Part shown: positions 33,977 to 47,500 of the stretch, one piece after another
Position numbering within the stretch: position 1 is the first letter of the stretch
Layout: each line of letters begins with the position of its first letter
Source of the DNA: Octopus bimaculoides
Lineage: Eukaryota
Reading direction: 5' to 3'
DNA: 59,316 nt
Assembly (NCBI RefSeq): GCF_001194135.2
Contig: NC_069000.1
Location: forward strand, 47,526,567-47,585,882
Made by a program: the position numbers and the translations under genes
Notes under the pieces: model-generated
Databases searched by the model: none
Told to the model about the DNA's origin: nothing
Seen by the model: only the letters and a program-made list of their open reading frames with translations

Positions 33977-36900
33977 TTATGTGAGACAGCCTGAAATCAA
34001 AGTAAAAACAACAGTTATTTCAAATATTCAACACTAATTCCTGGTTTTCATTCAAGGAATCGATTTTAAGAGAGAAAGAAAACAAATATATTCCAAAACT
34101 CTACACAGTTACAGTAGATCTAGAGATGATAGAGAGCTGAAGAATAAATGCCCTAAACATGCTGGGTCCAAACCCTACTGAGGTGAGGTTCACTTTTTCA
34201 TCCTTCCAGAGACAACAAAAAGAGAAACCAGTTAACTGGGATCTAAATGTCTGTACCCACCCTCACATTCTCATTCACCATTTTGTTACAATATTTCTGT
34301 TGAAATATTTGGCTTTTGATCCAATAAACTTTGAAAATAATGAAAAATTTAGTAAAATAACTTATTAAGCTAGTGTTTGAAGTGTAAATTAACATCAAAT
34401 TTAGCTGGAAGGTTCTAATTTAAATCACTTTAACCTTTTTGTTGTCATTAGTTGACCTACACACATCACAGCTAACAATCACCTATCAGTACCTGTAATT
34501 CTATATTTAAATCATTTATACTATTTTGGAAATGAAATAAGTTCATGTTCAACGCTAGAACTGAAACAAGCTGATTCTCTAAATAAATAACCTTCCATAA
34601 AACTTTACAATTATGAACTCAAACAACCATGAAACCTCTTAAGTCTACAAATATCTGTTTCGAAATATCTTCTTAAGAATCCTGAACTTTATATTCTTTA
34701 TGGTACTGGTTTGAGAAGGTCTTTTAATTTTGGACATCTTTGCACCTGTTCTAGCTGCTAAGTCCTACTCATACAGTGCAAATAAAATTAACCCAGTGTA
34801 ACCAATTAAGAGGAGGGACGAGATAATTAGTCACCAGGAAACAAAATACAGGCAGCAGAGATGCAATGGTGCGCTTGATTGCTGCACGTGTGTATGTATG
34901 TGTGACTGTTTACATAGAGATGGAGGCTGTGGCTGAATGTTTACACAGAGAAAGAGAACATATGTGTAGAACTGTTTACATAGTGTGTGTATGTGTGTGT
35001 GTTAATAAGGATGTAAGGTAAGATTTATGAATGCTTTTAGTAAACAGCTTTAGTCTCACTGTGAAAACAAGTTATTGTGGTTAAACCACGAACGTTTCTT
35101 TGTGGAGGGAGAGTGACCTGGCTACCTTCACTGTTTTATTTTATTTTTTCACAACGGAGCTAAAAACAGACACACGCCCATTAGTGCTACTTCTACTAAC
35201 TCACGTTAGCAACACTTGCACTATTATGCAAATTGAGACCGACCAATCCTTTTAGTAGTGGCCAAGTTTGTGTGGAACCGACAAAGAGAGACTGGAGTTA
35301 TAGACCCAGTGGTGAACCTGGGAAACCATGCATTAATCAAGTCCATCTCGTTTTCCTTATCACGCACAGAAATCGGCGTTTGAGCACAAAGTGTTTTAAA
35401 TGTGTGATTACTACACACACGTTCCTAAAGCTACATTAACATCCGTCTACACAAAGAATAAAACGTTTAAAATCCTGTGTAGTTACTGTCTGCCTGATTA
35501 GAGACCATAGAATGTGTATTGGTATGACTTGCATTAAGAGGGGGTGGCTGCGCCTAGGAAGTTCCTTCGATAGTTCACAGCGACTTTTAATCAGAGACAG
35601 TGTGATGGAAGATTGCGGTGATGTGTCAGTGTGAAAGAAAGAATAATAAAGTAAGAAGACGAGAGAATGGGAAGGAAACGCAAGAGAGAAAATGTTGAGG
35701 GGTATATAAAGAAAACGAAGAGGAAAGAGTAAGAGGATGCGTGTGTGCCATGTAGGTGAGTTATTGTCGCCACTCCTCGACGGAATTTCTCACCCTCCAA
35801 CAAAATAACACATCCGTCATCTATTGTTCTAGTCAGTAATGATTGAAGAAACTATTAAAAAGATTTGAAGACGATTTGAAAAAGACGGCAAAAACTACAG
35901 CCCAGAGGGAGCCTCACTGTGGCTGTATGGCACTAGAAATAGCAGCTAAAATCTTCCGCAAATCACAACTGTCTTAAACAAAAAGGAAAGGATATATTAG
36001 ATTAAGCAGTTCTACATAACTTAAGGAAGGTCAGAGTGATTGAAAGAAATGCCTTTAATAGGTCTCCTTGAGATAAGGGCCGACCGAGGGCTAAACAATA
36101 CATAGAGACACACACACACACAGAGAAAGAGCAGCAGCCCCCTAATCAACCATTTCACACACGTGGAATGTGTGAGCATGTGCGCACGCGCTTTAGTGAG
36201 TGTAGGAGACAAGTGCGAGTGGGTGCAATATGAGTGAAGCAGGCGGCAAGTGAGTGTGACATTGAGTGCAAGTTGGTCTTGGTTGGAAATATTTTTAGAA
36301 AAAAATCAGCAGAAATGGTCGAATGGCGAAATGTTACACACGCACACACACATTACTCTCGATTAGTGCATCTCTTTTCTCTCTCTCTCATATATATATA
36401 TATTATACAGTAAAAAAAAAAAAAAGAATGCGCTCGAATATATACCCGTTTTGAAATATTTAACAAAGGGTATAATTGTATGATACAAATGTGTGCATAT
36501 TAAGCGATACTTGATGCTGTAAGCGTATATCTGCGTACACAGACGAGTATATATATTGTAGTTTGTCGTGTGATTGTGTTAATGAGTACCACACGCTGTG
36601 TGTAGATGTTTATATATATTCGTACAGTTCACTGAGATACAAATACTATATACGTGTGTATATATCTATTTTATACAGAGAGAGAGAGACAGACAGATTT
36701 ATATATATGTCTTATTTTGTGTGTAGGAGTTTAATAAACATATACTTGAAAGATACCTTTACACACACACATAGAGCAGTGACTACAAAGTGGTAGAGAA
36801 GAGAGAAGGCAGCAGCCGAGAGAGAGAGAGAGACGGGCGGCCGACATCTCGGCGTCGGCCATGGTAATAGGAGGAGGAGGAGGAAACGGGAGAATGCACA

Positions 36901-37558
36901 CACACACACACAGCAACGTAGTATACACACTTCACACACACATTAATGTATGTATACATACATTCTGTCAGACATTAACGATACCTACACACACATTACT
37001 ATAACACTCGTTCTTTCGCAAACACGAGACATTATACACACACTAATGTGTTCCCAAGCAAATATATTGATATATAAACATTTATAGATCCTCCTTTAGC
37101 ATCGTCGTCGTCCAACACACAGACATTAAAATATACCCGCGCTATTCGTCTTTTATATTAAACACACAACAATTAAGAGAGAATACAGTTACCAGAATCA
37201 CACACACTCCATCATGAATCAATGTGATGAGATGAAACAGGCCATTCTATGGTTTCGCTCTCTCTAACTGTTCTTTACCAAACTACGTCGCTTCAATTAA
37301 GAGTTGCAACAATGTCTCACTGATTCCTTCAGCTTCATATATATATACATACATGTAGACAAGTCAGCTCGTGTGGCTGGCTCATTGCTTACTCTGAGTT
37401 TCTTCAATGTTGAGTCACCTGAAGATTGTCCAAAACTACAAGTTGCAACTCTTTTACAAACTCTACTTCAAATATTTTATTCCATTGTAACAACATCCAG
37501 CTTTTTTCCGCTTAAATGTATTTTATATCAGAGGAAAAAATATCAGCCATTTACTCTT

Positions 37559-37600
<42 letters not shown>

Positions 37601-37689
37601 TTACATACATACACAGGGCCCAGAATATACCGACAGCTTGAAATAGAGAAAAATGCGACCAATTCCATCTATTGATTCTGTATTTCGAA

Positions 37690-37865
37690 TTTTGGCACCA
37701 TGCCAGCAATTTCAAGGGGAAGGGTTTTGTCGATTGCATCGACCCCAGTACCACTTGACTGGTACTGTATTTCATCGACCCTGAAATAACGAAAAGTAAC
37801 GTCGCTCTCAGCTGGATTTGAACTCAGAACCTAAAAAAACTGAAGTTACTCTAACAATTCGCAAG
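37690..37865 (-). mobile_element. tRNA-derived-type SINE copy
   Basis: atcgaccccagtac...gactggtact...ggatttgaactcagaac core; related copies at about 9310, 17480, 41400, 51380 and 51660. Confidence 0.65.
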
Positions 37866-39017
37866 TAATGGAGATAATTTCTTTTAATTTCTATTTAATT
37901 GCATCGTTTTTTTTAGCAACAAGGCTACATATTAGGGAGGTTGATTAAAGCAACTAGAATATAACTGAGACCTTATTTTATCAACATCAGCAAGACGGGG
38001 AGGGGGGTCAATATTAATACAAGATGATGATCTGGACAGTCATTAAACTAATACACGATGGTCAGGGCAATCCTTATTAAAATGGTGAGGTGGTCCGAAG
38101 AGAGAGTGTTTATGTAAACAGACTACCATTTCGTTGAGATTGTGTTGCGGTTCAACAATTAGTGATCGATAAAATAAGTAGTGAAGACGATATGGTGTCC
38201 CAGTACAAGAATGTGTGTGGTGCCCTATATACACGTGCGTGTGCAGTAGTACGTGCTGTACACACACACATTTATATTGTGTTTACGGTGTCTGTGGTGT
38301 ATAAACAACTACAGTTCTATAATTATTGATTAAACAAAAATCATTATTGATCAACTTCCTGACCACAGTTGTTTGCTCCAACTGTGACCAAACACCAAGA
38401 GTCATTAGGCATTCGAAACGACAGGATGTCATACTTTTAACAGATCAAGCAACTACGTTTCTTCATCGCCAGGTTACAAAAACATCTCCGTCCACTGTAA
38501 CACCAAAATGTTACTTTTATACCATTTAGTAATAAAAATGATTAGAAAGCTGTCCGGGAATATCAACGAACAAACACCAACGGTTATCAAGTATCATTTA
38601 TAGAAACAAATGCGTTTATCTATAAAGGGTCCAGTTTTGAGGTAAATTTAATTATTTAATCTCAGAAGCAGTCCCGATCAACAAGTCATTGTTAACTACA
38701 CAATGACCATCTTGACTGGCATTCCCAGTTTATCCAAGAATACATCATTAATGCGTTCGTCATTACGCGATTTGAAGGAGATTTGGCAGCTATTTCTAAC
38801 AGGAACAAGTCCCCTTATTGACCCATAATGATTAGAGAAGATAGGAAATCAAGAGTTTTAAAAGTTCACTCGTCACCTTTGTAAGGAACTTAAAGGGTTT
38901 AAAACATCAGATTTAGATTAAGAAAACAGGAAGGAACTTCCAATTGTTCATGGCCAAAGCAACTGGTTTCCTTCTCCAGCTTCACTAATCATCTTTCCTA
39001 CAAGACACCAATTAGCT

Positions 39018-39061
<44 letters not shown>

Positions 39062-39069
39062 GTGTGTGT

Positions 39070-39095
39070 GGCATAACTACAGGGGTAGTTATGCC
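39070..39095. mobile_element. 26-bp collapsed copy of the ggcataactac hairpin element
   Basis: ggcataactac-aggg-gtagttatgcc; no clean TSD (embedded in TA/TG microsatellite). Confidence 0.7.
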
Positions 39096-39552
39096 ATATA
39101 TGTTAGTATATTACTTACAATTAAACCTGAAAACGATGTTTTAAAAGTATTTCTGTGTTTTACAGTTGGGATCTTTTTATAAAATTTGAGTTGAGAAATG
39201 GGTTTCAATGGTTGTAAATACAAAAGCAGTCACAAGTGTGTGCGTGCGCGCATGTGTCTATAAATAAATATATATATTATATATACACGAACGCATGCAT
39301 ATATATATTATACACGGTACCAGTGGATACACAGCTGTTAAAAACCAAAATTAACAAAGAAAAGAGGGAAGAAATGAAAAATAAACAAGAAATGAGATGG
39401 TGTTTACAAACAGTGGGGGAGGGGGAGATAGAGATAGAGAGGAAGGTAATAAAGGAGGAGGGAGTGGGAAGAGAGTCAGTGCTTGTGTGTGAAAAAGACA
39501 TGAGACAGTTTGGCACACACACACACACACAATATATATAATAATATATAAG

Positions 39553-39587
<35 letters not shown>

Positions 39588-39808
39588 TACACACATACAT
39601 ATATATATATATATATCATACACACACATATGTATAAATCGCTTGAGATATACACCATTTGACACACACACAAATGTAGAAGAATGAGTCAGCCTATAGT
39701 TATTGGTTGGTTGTTTTGCCTTTTCTTTGCGAATTTGAAAATAGAAAAAAGTAACAACCATGAGTGGTGAACCAAAATGTCTGTATCTCTGCTTAACGCA
39801 CAAGTGTA

Positions 39809-39842
<34 letters not shown>

Positions 39843-40674
39843 AGAGAGGGTGATGTGTTTAATGTATGTGAGTCTTATATGATGTGCTGTGTTAATATTA
39901 TATCTGTGTGTGTGTGGATTTCTTACATACATATAATACGTGATATGTTAAATATATCTGAGTGTGTATAATACAAATATATATATAGATGTGGTTTTGC
40001 TGTGTGTATAAATAATAATAATAATAATAATCAATGTCCACCTACCGACCAACCGGCCCCCAAGCACAGCCACAACTGCCAGCAATAATATTCCAGCGAC
40101 CTCTACTGGCGTCCGACCGGGACAACTGTACACGTTCTCCCTCTTTCTATCTAGCTTCCTGTCCCTCTTTCTTCCCTCTCTCTCTTTATCTACCTTCCTC
40201 TTTCTCTTTCTCCCCTTCTTTCGCTGTGTCTTGATCTATTTCCTTCTTCCTCTCTCTTACTGTGCCTTCCAGTGCGTCATTCTCTTCCCTCCCTCTTAGT
40301 CTTCCGTCCTTTCTCTCTTCTAATAGATCACATTCTCTTTCTCTCTCTGGGCCACTTTCTTTTCCTTTTCACTCTCTCTCTCTAACTGTTCTTGTTCTCT
40401 CTCTTTCTCCCTTATAGTAGCAGGCAGATAGAGAGAAAAGATAAAGAGAAAGGGTGTTAGATAAGAGATTAAGGCACGGTTGGGAGAGGAGAAGTATAAG
40501 AAAGAAAGAGGAAATTCAAAAGACTGAGTAGAAGCGCACTGGAGACGAAAGATTAGAAGAGGTTAGAAGGGAAATGAGAGAGAAGAACAAGTCGTAGTGG
40601 TGGTAGTAAAGATGACGAAGAAAGGAGGGGAAAGAGAAGTGGGTTTGGTAGTAGTATTAGAGATGCAGTGGGAG

Positions 40675-40760
40675 AAAGGGGCGGCGGCGGGGGCCATTGA
40701 TTGGTTGCTGTGGAGACTACAGCGACACCTGGCGCTCATTCAAAAGAAAGGGCAGTTAAC
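40675..40760 (-). promoter_or_regulatory. GC-rich CCAAT-box patch, candidate Smad1/5 promoter
   Basis: gcggcggcgggggccattgattgg... is one of the few CpG-rich spots between NGDN and the Smad coding exons; inference only. Confidence 0.3.
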
Positions 40761-42395
40761 TCTTGGCAGTTGCGTTTTTTTTTACATTCAGCTTCCCCTC
40801 CCTTTTTATAATTGTTATATTTCGTATAACACCCCCCCACCGCCTCAAAATAATTATATTTACTAATTAAAGCTATTGCTATTATTTTAAACTCGTTACT
40901 GTATTATACACAGTTATATGTATATATATATTTCCTAATTTCATTAGTTCTATCTATTTTTCTTTAATTTTAATTAACATTTTTAATTTAAATCACTTCC
41001 CTCTAATTAAATAGATTTATTCTTCCCCACTGCTCAAAAAAAAAAAAAATCCCGGTATTCCAGGAAGACGGAATCCCACCGACCTGTTCTACTCACAACT
41101 ATTACCACTGCTAATACATTTGTTCTCATCTGTTATAGTAAATAGGTGCAGAGAGAAAGTCTTTTATTTGTTTTTCGAATGAATATTTAAAGCAGATTAA
41201 CGACAAAATGAAGCACATTCCGATATGTGAACGACATATCTCTACGATAATAATAATAATAACAATAACAATAATAATAATGATAATAATAATAATGGTT
41301 TCTTACAGACGAACACAAGGCTACAGGTTTTTTCTTTTAATTTTTACGGGGAAAAAGAGGAGGAGCAGGAGCTATTGTTCGTTATATCAGCTGCAGTATA
41401 CATATATTTTATCGACCCCGGGAGGGTAAAAGGCGAAGATGACCTCGGCAGGATTTGAACTTAGGGAATAAAGGGACGTAACTGAATATTGCTCTACTCC
41501 CTTGGCTGGCATCACTTCTTGGGGTCCAATTAAGACAACGCTTTTGACGGGAAGGGTGTCAGTCGATGTCATCTGTTTCACTGCTGGACGGACAAATGGA
41601 CTTTGGTTATGTTTAAACTCAGAACGTAAAGAACAGGAATATTATCAAACGCTTTCTTCGGTCACTCCACAGATTTTGTGGAAGCGGTACAGTCGCTAGA
41701 CCCTACTCGCCAATATTGTAGTTCAATCCAGCCATGATTATCCGTTTAAATTACCAGAATAATTTTAACAGAGATCAGAGGCAGAAGTGCCACAGATTTT
41801 TGAAGAGAAGTTTTATTAATTAGATCAACCAATATTTATATTGATTTAGGCTAGTTGATCTCCAAACGTAACGAAATACCTCGCGGTATTTTGTACGTCC
41901 CTTTGTTAATTCTGTTAATTACCACTCCGTTGTATTACTTATAAATATATCAATTAAAAATAATTAAATCAAAAACAGAGGATGGTTAAATTCAAAGACG
42001 AGAAACAATTTCGGCGATAAATTCTATCACTGGTAAATATGCTAGGCTGGAAAGAAAGTCCAGTTGCATTAATCGCTTTGAGGGTACTTTTTCAAAACTT
42101 ACGGTGAAATAAGCATTAATTTTTACATTCCTTTTTTTCTTTCTTTCTTTGCAAATATTACTTCCTTCCATAGTGTTTAAATTCACATCGATCTTTCAAA
42201 GTGAGTTTAGATCAGATCTACATCAGACCCTGCATATTCTGTGAATTTATAGAGCTCTTCAGCAATGACAGTTGCGAATTCGTTCTATGGAAAAAAATTG
42301 TTTCTTGCCCAAGAGATCAACAACTGATAGAAGGAAGCACTGGGCAGATACAGTGTTTTTACATCTTTTGCTAAAAGAGAGAATTTTTTTATTCA

Positions 42396-43320
42396 CACAA
42401 AGGTGAGCTGAAAAGTTCATAGGCTATGAAGGAGAGATGCTAAATCTTTGAAATCTTGCATGCATTAATTTTAATTCTTCTTATTAAATGCATTCTTTCT
42501 TTCCAGGTAAACCGACATTTGACTGTTCAAAGAAGACTTCAAAAGTAACTAGCTGTGAATTTGGCATTGCAGTATTATCAAGTATCTATAGCAAAAGAGC
42601 TTAGCCTCTAAGGACATTCATGTTGAGATGTTTGCTACATTAGAGGATGACACTTCAGCTTTGTCAACAATGCAAAAGTGAGCAGCTGAATTTAGGAAGG
42701 GGAGAGTCTTCAAGATGACCCAATGTTTGGACATCCTGCAAATGCCAGCATCAAGGAAAACATTGATCATATTCTCCACATGGTGATGGATGACAGGTGA
42801 TTAACTATAAATCAAAAAGCCAATGCTATTAGCATATAATATGAGTTGAGAATATCCTGTTCAATGAACTTGGCATGATGAAGGTTTCTGTGCCATGTCT
42901 TCCGACACCTGATCACATCATAGGAAAAATCTGACATTGTTTCCAGCTGATTTCCTTGAATGTTTTCTAAGCCAGGATGAGTGTTGGGTTCCTTGCTTTG
43001 AGTGAGAGACAATCCATGCAATGGAAACACCTTTCCTCACCGGCTCTAAAGAAGGCTGACGTTATTTCATCTGCAAGGAAGGTGACAGCCTGTTTTTTGG
43101 GATGCAAAAAGTATTGTGTTTATTGACTATCTTCAAAACGGCCACATCATCAATGGAGAGTACTCTGCCAACTTGCCGAGACAATTACAAAGAGCTATCA
43201 AGATCAAATTCCCATGAAAACTGACAAATGGGATCTCATTTCCTCAGAACTATGCTCTAGCAGGAATTGAAGTCCTTGCTTTCAATGCTTGCTGTGTGTG
43301 ACTGGTTTTGAACTGGTTGA
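42396..43320 (+). mobile_element. Degenerate mariner (DD34D) element
   Basis: TIR-like aggtgagctgaaaagttcataggct; broken frames with IIKYL, ENIDHILHMV, KVSVP, VFWDAK...FIDYLQ...INGEY. Confidence 0.8.
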
Positions 43321-43899
43321 TTACAGAACCTTCGTTCTGCTGAGATAGATGGGCCTTCCCAAGCACAGCATCTCAGTACCTCCTCATCTCCGAGAGGCTC
43401 AACAGCTTCAGCTTAGTCTTTACAACTTTGTCCCACATCTTCTGCTATCACATTTACTAACTAGCATTTCTCTACACAATCCATTCACACCACAGAACTA
43501 GCAAAATCTGATGCACCTTATGCCTAATATTTCACTCAACCTATTTGGACTTTAAGTAGAATAAAAAAATCTGTTACTTGACAAAAAACAAAAAAAGTGT
43601 CAGAGATTCTGCTGCAATAAAACTTGTCCAAGTCAAACCAGAATGGAGAAGATGACATAAGATCAGTGACTTTGATGAATTTTGAATGTAATAAATGTAA
43701 TAAATTTGACATTAAGCTAGTGTGGAAGGTTTATCATTAGAACCCAGGGGCAGTCTCAGGAAGGTTGGTGCCAAAAGGGTGAATTGTTTAAGATTTTTTT
43801 ACTTTGGTCCTGGAAGAATGGAAAATAGAGTTGACATCAGTAGCATTTGAAGAAGAAATACAATGGCATCTTAACTGCTCTACTTCTCCATACAGTCAT

Positions 43900-44265
43900 C
43901 ATCATCATCATTTTAATGTCCACTTTTCCATGCTTGCATGAATCAGAATTCATTCAAATTCTTTATGGTTGGATGCCCTTTACATGTTCCCAGGCAAAGT
44001 AATTTTACCCCATGGCCAGGCATATTACCACAGAAGATGGGAAATGACTACTTGTATGATGATGAGGCTAATTTACAACTATCACATGATGTCAAGACAA
44101 AAACACACACACACACTTTAACACATGACACGCTTCTTTCAAATCCACAGACAAGGCTTTGCTCAGCCTGAGGCTAGAGTAGAAAACATTTGGCCAAGGT
44201 GCCATGCAGTGGGACTGACCTGGAAGCACATGCTTGGGAAGCAGAGTTCTGAACCATACAACCAT
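43900..44265 (-). mobile_element. SINE copy with (CAT)n tail
   Basis: catcatcatcatcattttaatgtccacttttccatgcttgcatg... is the reverse complement of the (ATG)n-tail family. Confidence 0.7.
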
Positions 44266-44496
44266 ACAAGCATTTAGTTAATAATAATTTAGGAAGCCCC
44301 TATATGGATGTTTGAGCTACTTGAAATAGCAGCCAAGTCACATTATTTTATAAAAGAACATGTTGCATTCAGTTGTCGATTGTCTTCAGATCTCTGCAAA
44401 AGATTGATCAACATTTATCTGGGGTTACACAACATAATTATAATAATTACAATAACAATAATTTACAAAACAATTTTTATTAATCAGAAATACTGT

Positions 44497-44522
44497 TTAA
44501 AGTTTCCGTTTCTTTTTGAAAC
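44497..44522 (-). CDS. NGDN: NGDN terminal coding exon
   Basis: tttttttcag|(G)FKKKRKL*, then AATAAA (plus-strand tttatt 44476-44481). Confidence 0.8.
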
Positions 44523-47500
44523 CTGAAAAAAAAAAACAGTTAATTTTATAAATCAAAATTAACACAATTGAGATCAAACAAATCTAATTTCTTCTGTCAA
44601 CAAAAACATAAACAGCCGCCACCATCACCACCATCACACCAATCATTATGGATCATTAATGTTGTCATATTACTGAAGACTAGGTCTTTGGATTCTCTTG
44701 TATGCCACCATGTCTGTGTCCTTACCTCATTCTGGTTTTGCCCACCTTTTTAAAAGTGGATGAGGTCAGATTTGGTGAAAGTCTGGTTTTCTTGTTATGT
44801 CAGAATAAATAAAGACAATACTGCAAGTGAGACGAGTCAAGCACCAACAGAGGGAACACACCACACACATATACCCCAATGTACTTAACTCTAATGCATA
44901 CCCACACACTGGTGTGCTGTGTCTCCTCTCTCAACCTTTTCTACTGCTACTGTAATGGCTTCTGCTGCTTCTCAGGACTGGACTCATGTCTCCGCTCAAG
45001 GACTCCTCTCATCATCCATCTTGTGTCCATTAATACCATGTTCCACACCAATTACTATCCCCAATCTTTCTCTCCTAGATTGTTGGACCCTCTGCAGGAC
45101 CCTCCTCAATCCTATGCAATCAACTAATACCACACCATCCCTAAAATTTCAAGCCTTATGCCAGTGGTAAGAAAGAAATATTTGTATGATGCTGTCTAAA
45201 AATATCGCTCTAGATACAACAGTGTCTCTGTTTCCAATCTGCCACAGAAATATGTCTAACCACTACGACAGTCGTTCATTCCTCTGTAGTCTTGGAAAAT
45301 ATTATATTACCCGGAAACTAGCGACAGGCAGCACACAGGAAGAACAACTGATCATAGAACTACCTTAATAAGTTTAGTGTGGCCCATGCTGGCAATGAAA
45401 AATAGATGTTAAACTTATGATGATGACTGAGAATGGGTTTGTGCACAATTTGTGTGAACCAAATTTTTGTTAAGCTGAAGAAGACAAGGTGTTGTATGGT
45501 GGGTTTAAACTTGCGATATGGTGAAACCAACTTTGTAAACACATGGGCTATATTTGCATCTCTCTCTATATATTTATTACCAATATATGCATTACAAGCT
45601 ATGTATTGTACAAATATATATTACACACAAACATATCTATATACATATACAGACACACACTCATAAAATCCTTTAACTGCTCACCTTTTTTCTTCCCTTT
45701 ACCCTGCAAGAGTAAATAAGACATACTTAGTAACAGGTAGAATACACACAGTAACACTTACAAAGACAGACAGATACATTCTCTTTCACACACACACACA
45801 CACACACACAAGTGACATCAAATAAAGTAAGTTTTACATTCACTGTAACACTATCTTTAACTGAAAATAATTTCAATATCAGGACAGAGAATTAAAGAAA
45901 CAAAACTATTTTTATTAAAAGGCAATGAGGTGACAGAATTGTTTGCACACCAAGCAAAATGGTTAGCAGTTTTTCATGTCTTCATGTTCTGCGTTCAGAT
46001 TCTGCCAAGGTTGGTAAAATAAAAGAACCAGCTGAGCACTGGGGGGCCAGTGTAATCGATTTACCTGCTCCCTTGAAATTGCTGGCTTTGTGCTAAAATC
46101 TGAACCATTATCATTGTTATAAGATTAAGTTATAACTAAGATAAAATTAAATCATAGCTAAGATAAGATTAATAACTAATCATAGATAAGACAAAATTTA
46201 ATACTAGGGCAAATTCTAAACTTCAAAAATATTTTTCAAACATACCTTCATTTTTTTCTTTTTCTTGCTTGGTTCATCCTAAAGAAGGAAGACAAAAATA
46301 TAGTTAAACATGGAGATGACCCCGTTACTTAGATAGGATTCAGCTGATGCCTATGTCCACTCTCTCATAAGGAAATAGTGATGAGGGATCTGAGTGAATG
46401 GGAGATGGAAATTGTACAAATCCTGTTGTATGGGCGTGTGTGTGTGTGTGTGTAGAGCAGATGGAAGCTGTGGAACAGGGAGAGCCAGGAAGCTAGGGTA
46501 ATTCAGGGGTAGCTGATTCTGTGATACTGATGGTGAGTCCCTGAAACAATTTACTCCTTGTCAGGCCCTCACCAACAAAAGAAAGAAGTGGTACATGGCT
46601 ACCATAGCTACACATGGTTACCTTGTCCTCTTTCTCATCAATCGTAATATTGCAGTGGGGAGTTCTTATCAGTTGAGGCTCTGGGGTTATTGGTATAGGG
46701 TCCTTCTACATATGCATTGTCCCTTCCAGATCTACACAAATCTAGTCAGCACCAGCAGACCTGCTGTTCTTCAGACAGTGAGCAGCTCACAACGACACAC
46801 ACATTTTGCTATTATTTGGAAGTTTTAATGAAGAATGTAGTTGAAATAATTAGAGAAAATTATCTTACCAGGTGAAAATCATTTTCATCATAAAGAACGT
46901 TAATATTTTCAAAGTTGGCAAGTTGACCGAGGGAAGCTGATGTGGTAAGTCTTCGAGACGCCATCTGTAAATAAAGGGAGACAACGATCAACGGTCTGCT
47001 AATATCACCAGGACTGGTGTAGGACAAACAGAAGCAAATATCACCTGGTCCTTTGGAATTTCCATGTGGTTGGCCAACACCACTACCCTGGGTGTCTAAG
47101 AGTGCTTGTCCTAACTCACCTCCCTGAAAATGACATGCTTAAAAACACAATCTGATCAGCTGGAGAAAGGGGACAGCCTTGAATACGTTGCTCTTCTCCT
47201 TATCTGGAGTTTGTAGTCAAAAGGCAGAGGAAAGATGTTTTCTTGAAGACAAGAATCTATCTTGTATCTTATTTAACATACCTGTCTTCAATGTATACAT
47301 ACATGCCACTGACCATTCTAAATTGATTTTCTGAGTACAATTTTGCTTTAATTAGCCATAAATATTTTCTCTTTTTGTGTGATTAAGCCTTTAGGCTGCC
47401 AGTCAAGCTGGAGCAACTGCTATGCTGACAATACTGACTGAGGCAGATTACAAACGTAAACAGCTGTCCTTTTGTCTTCATTCAATCAGATTCGCTTTTC

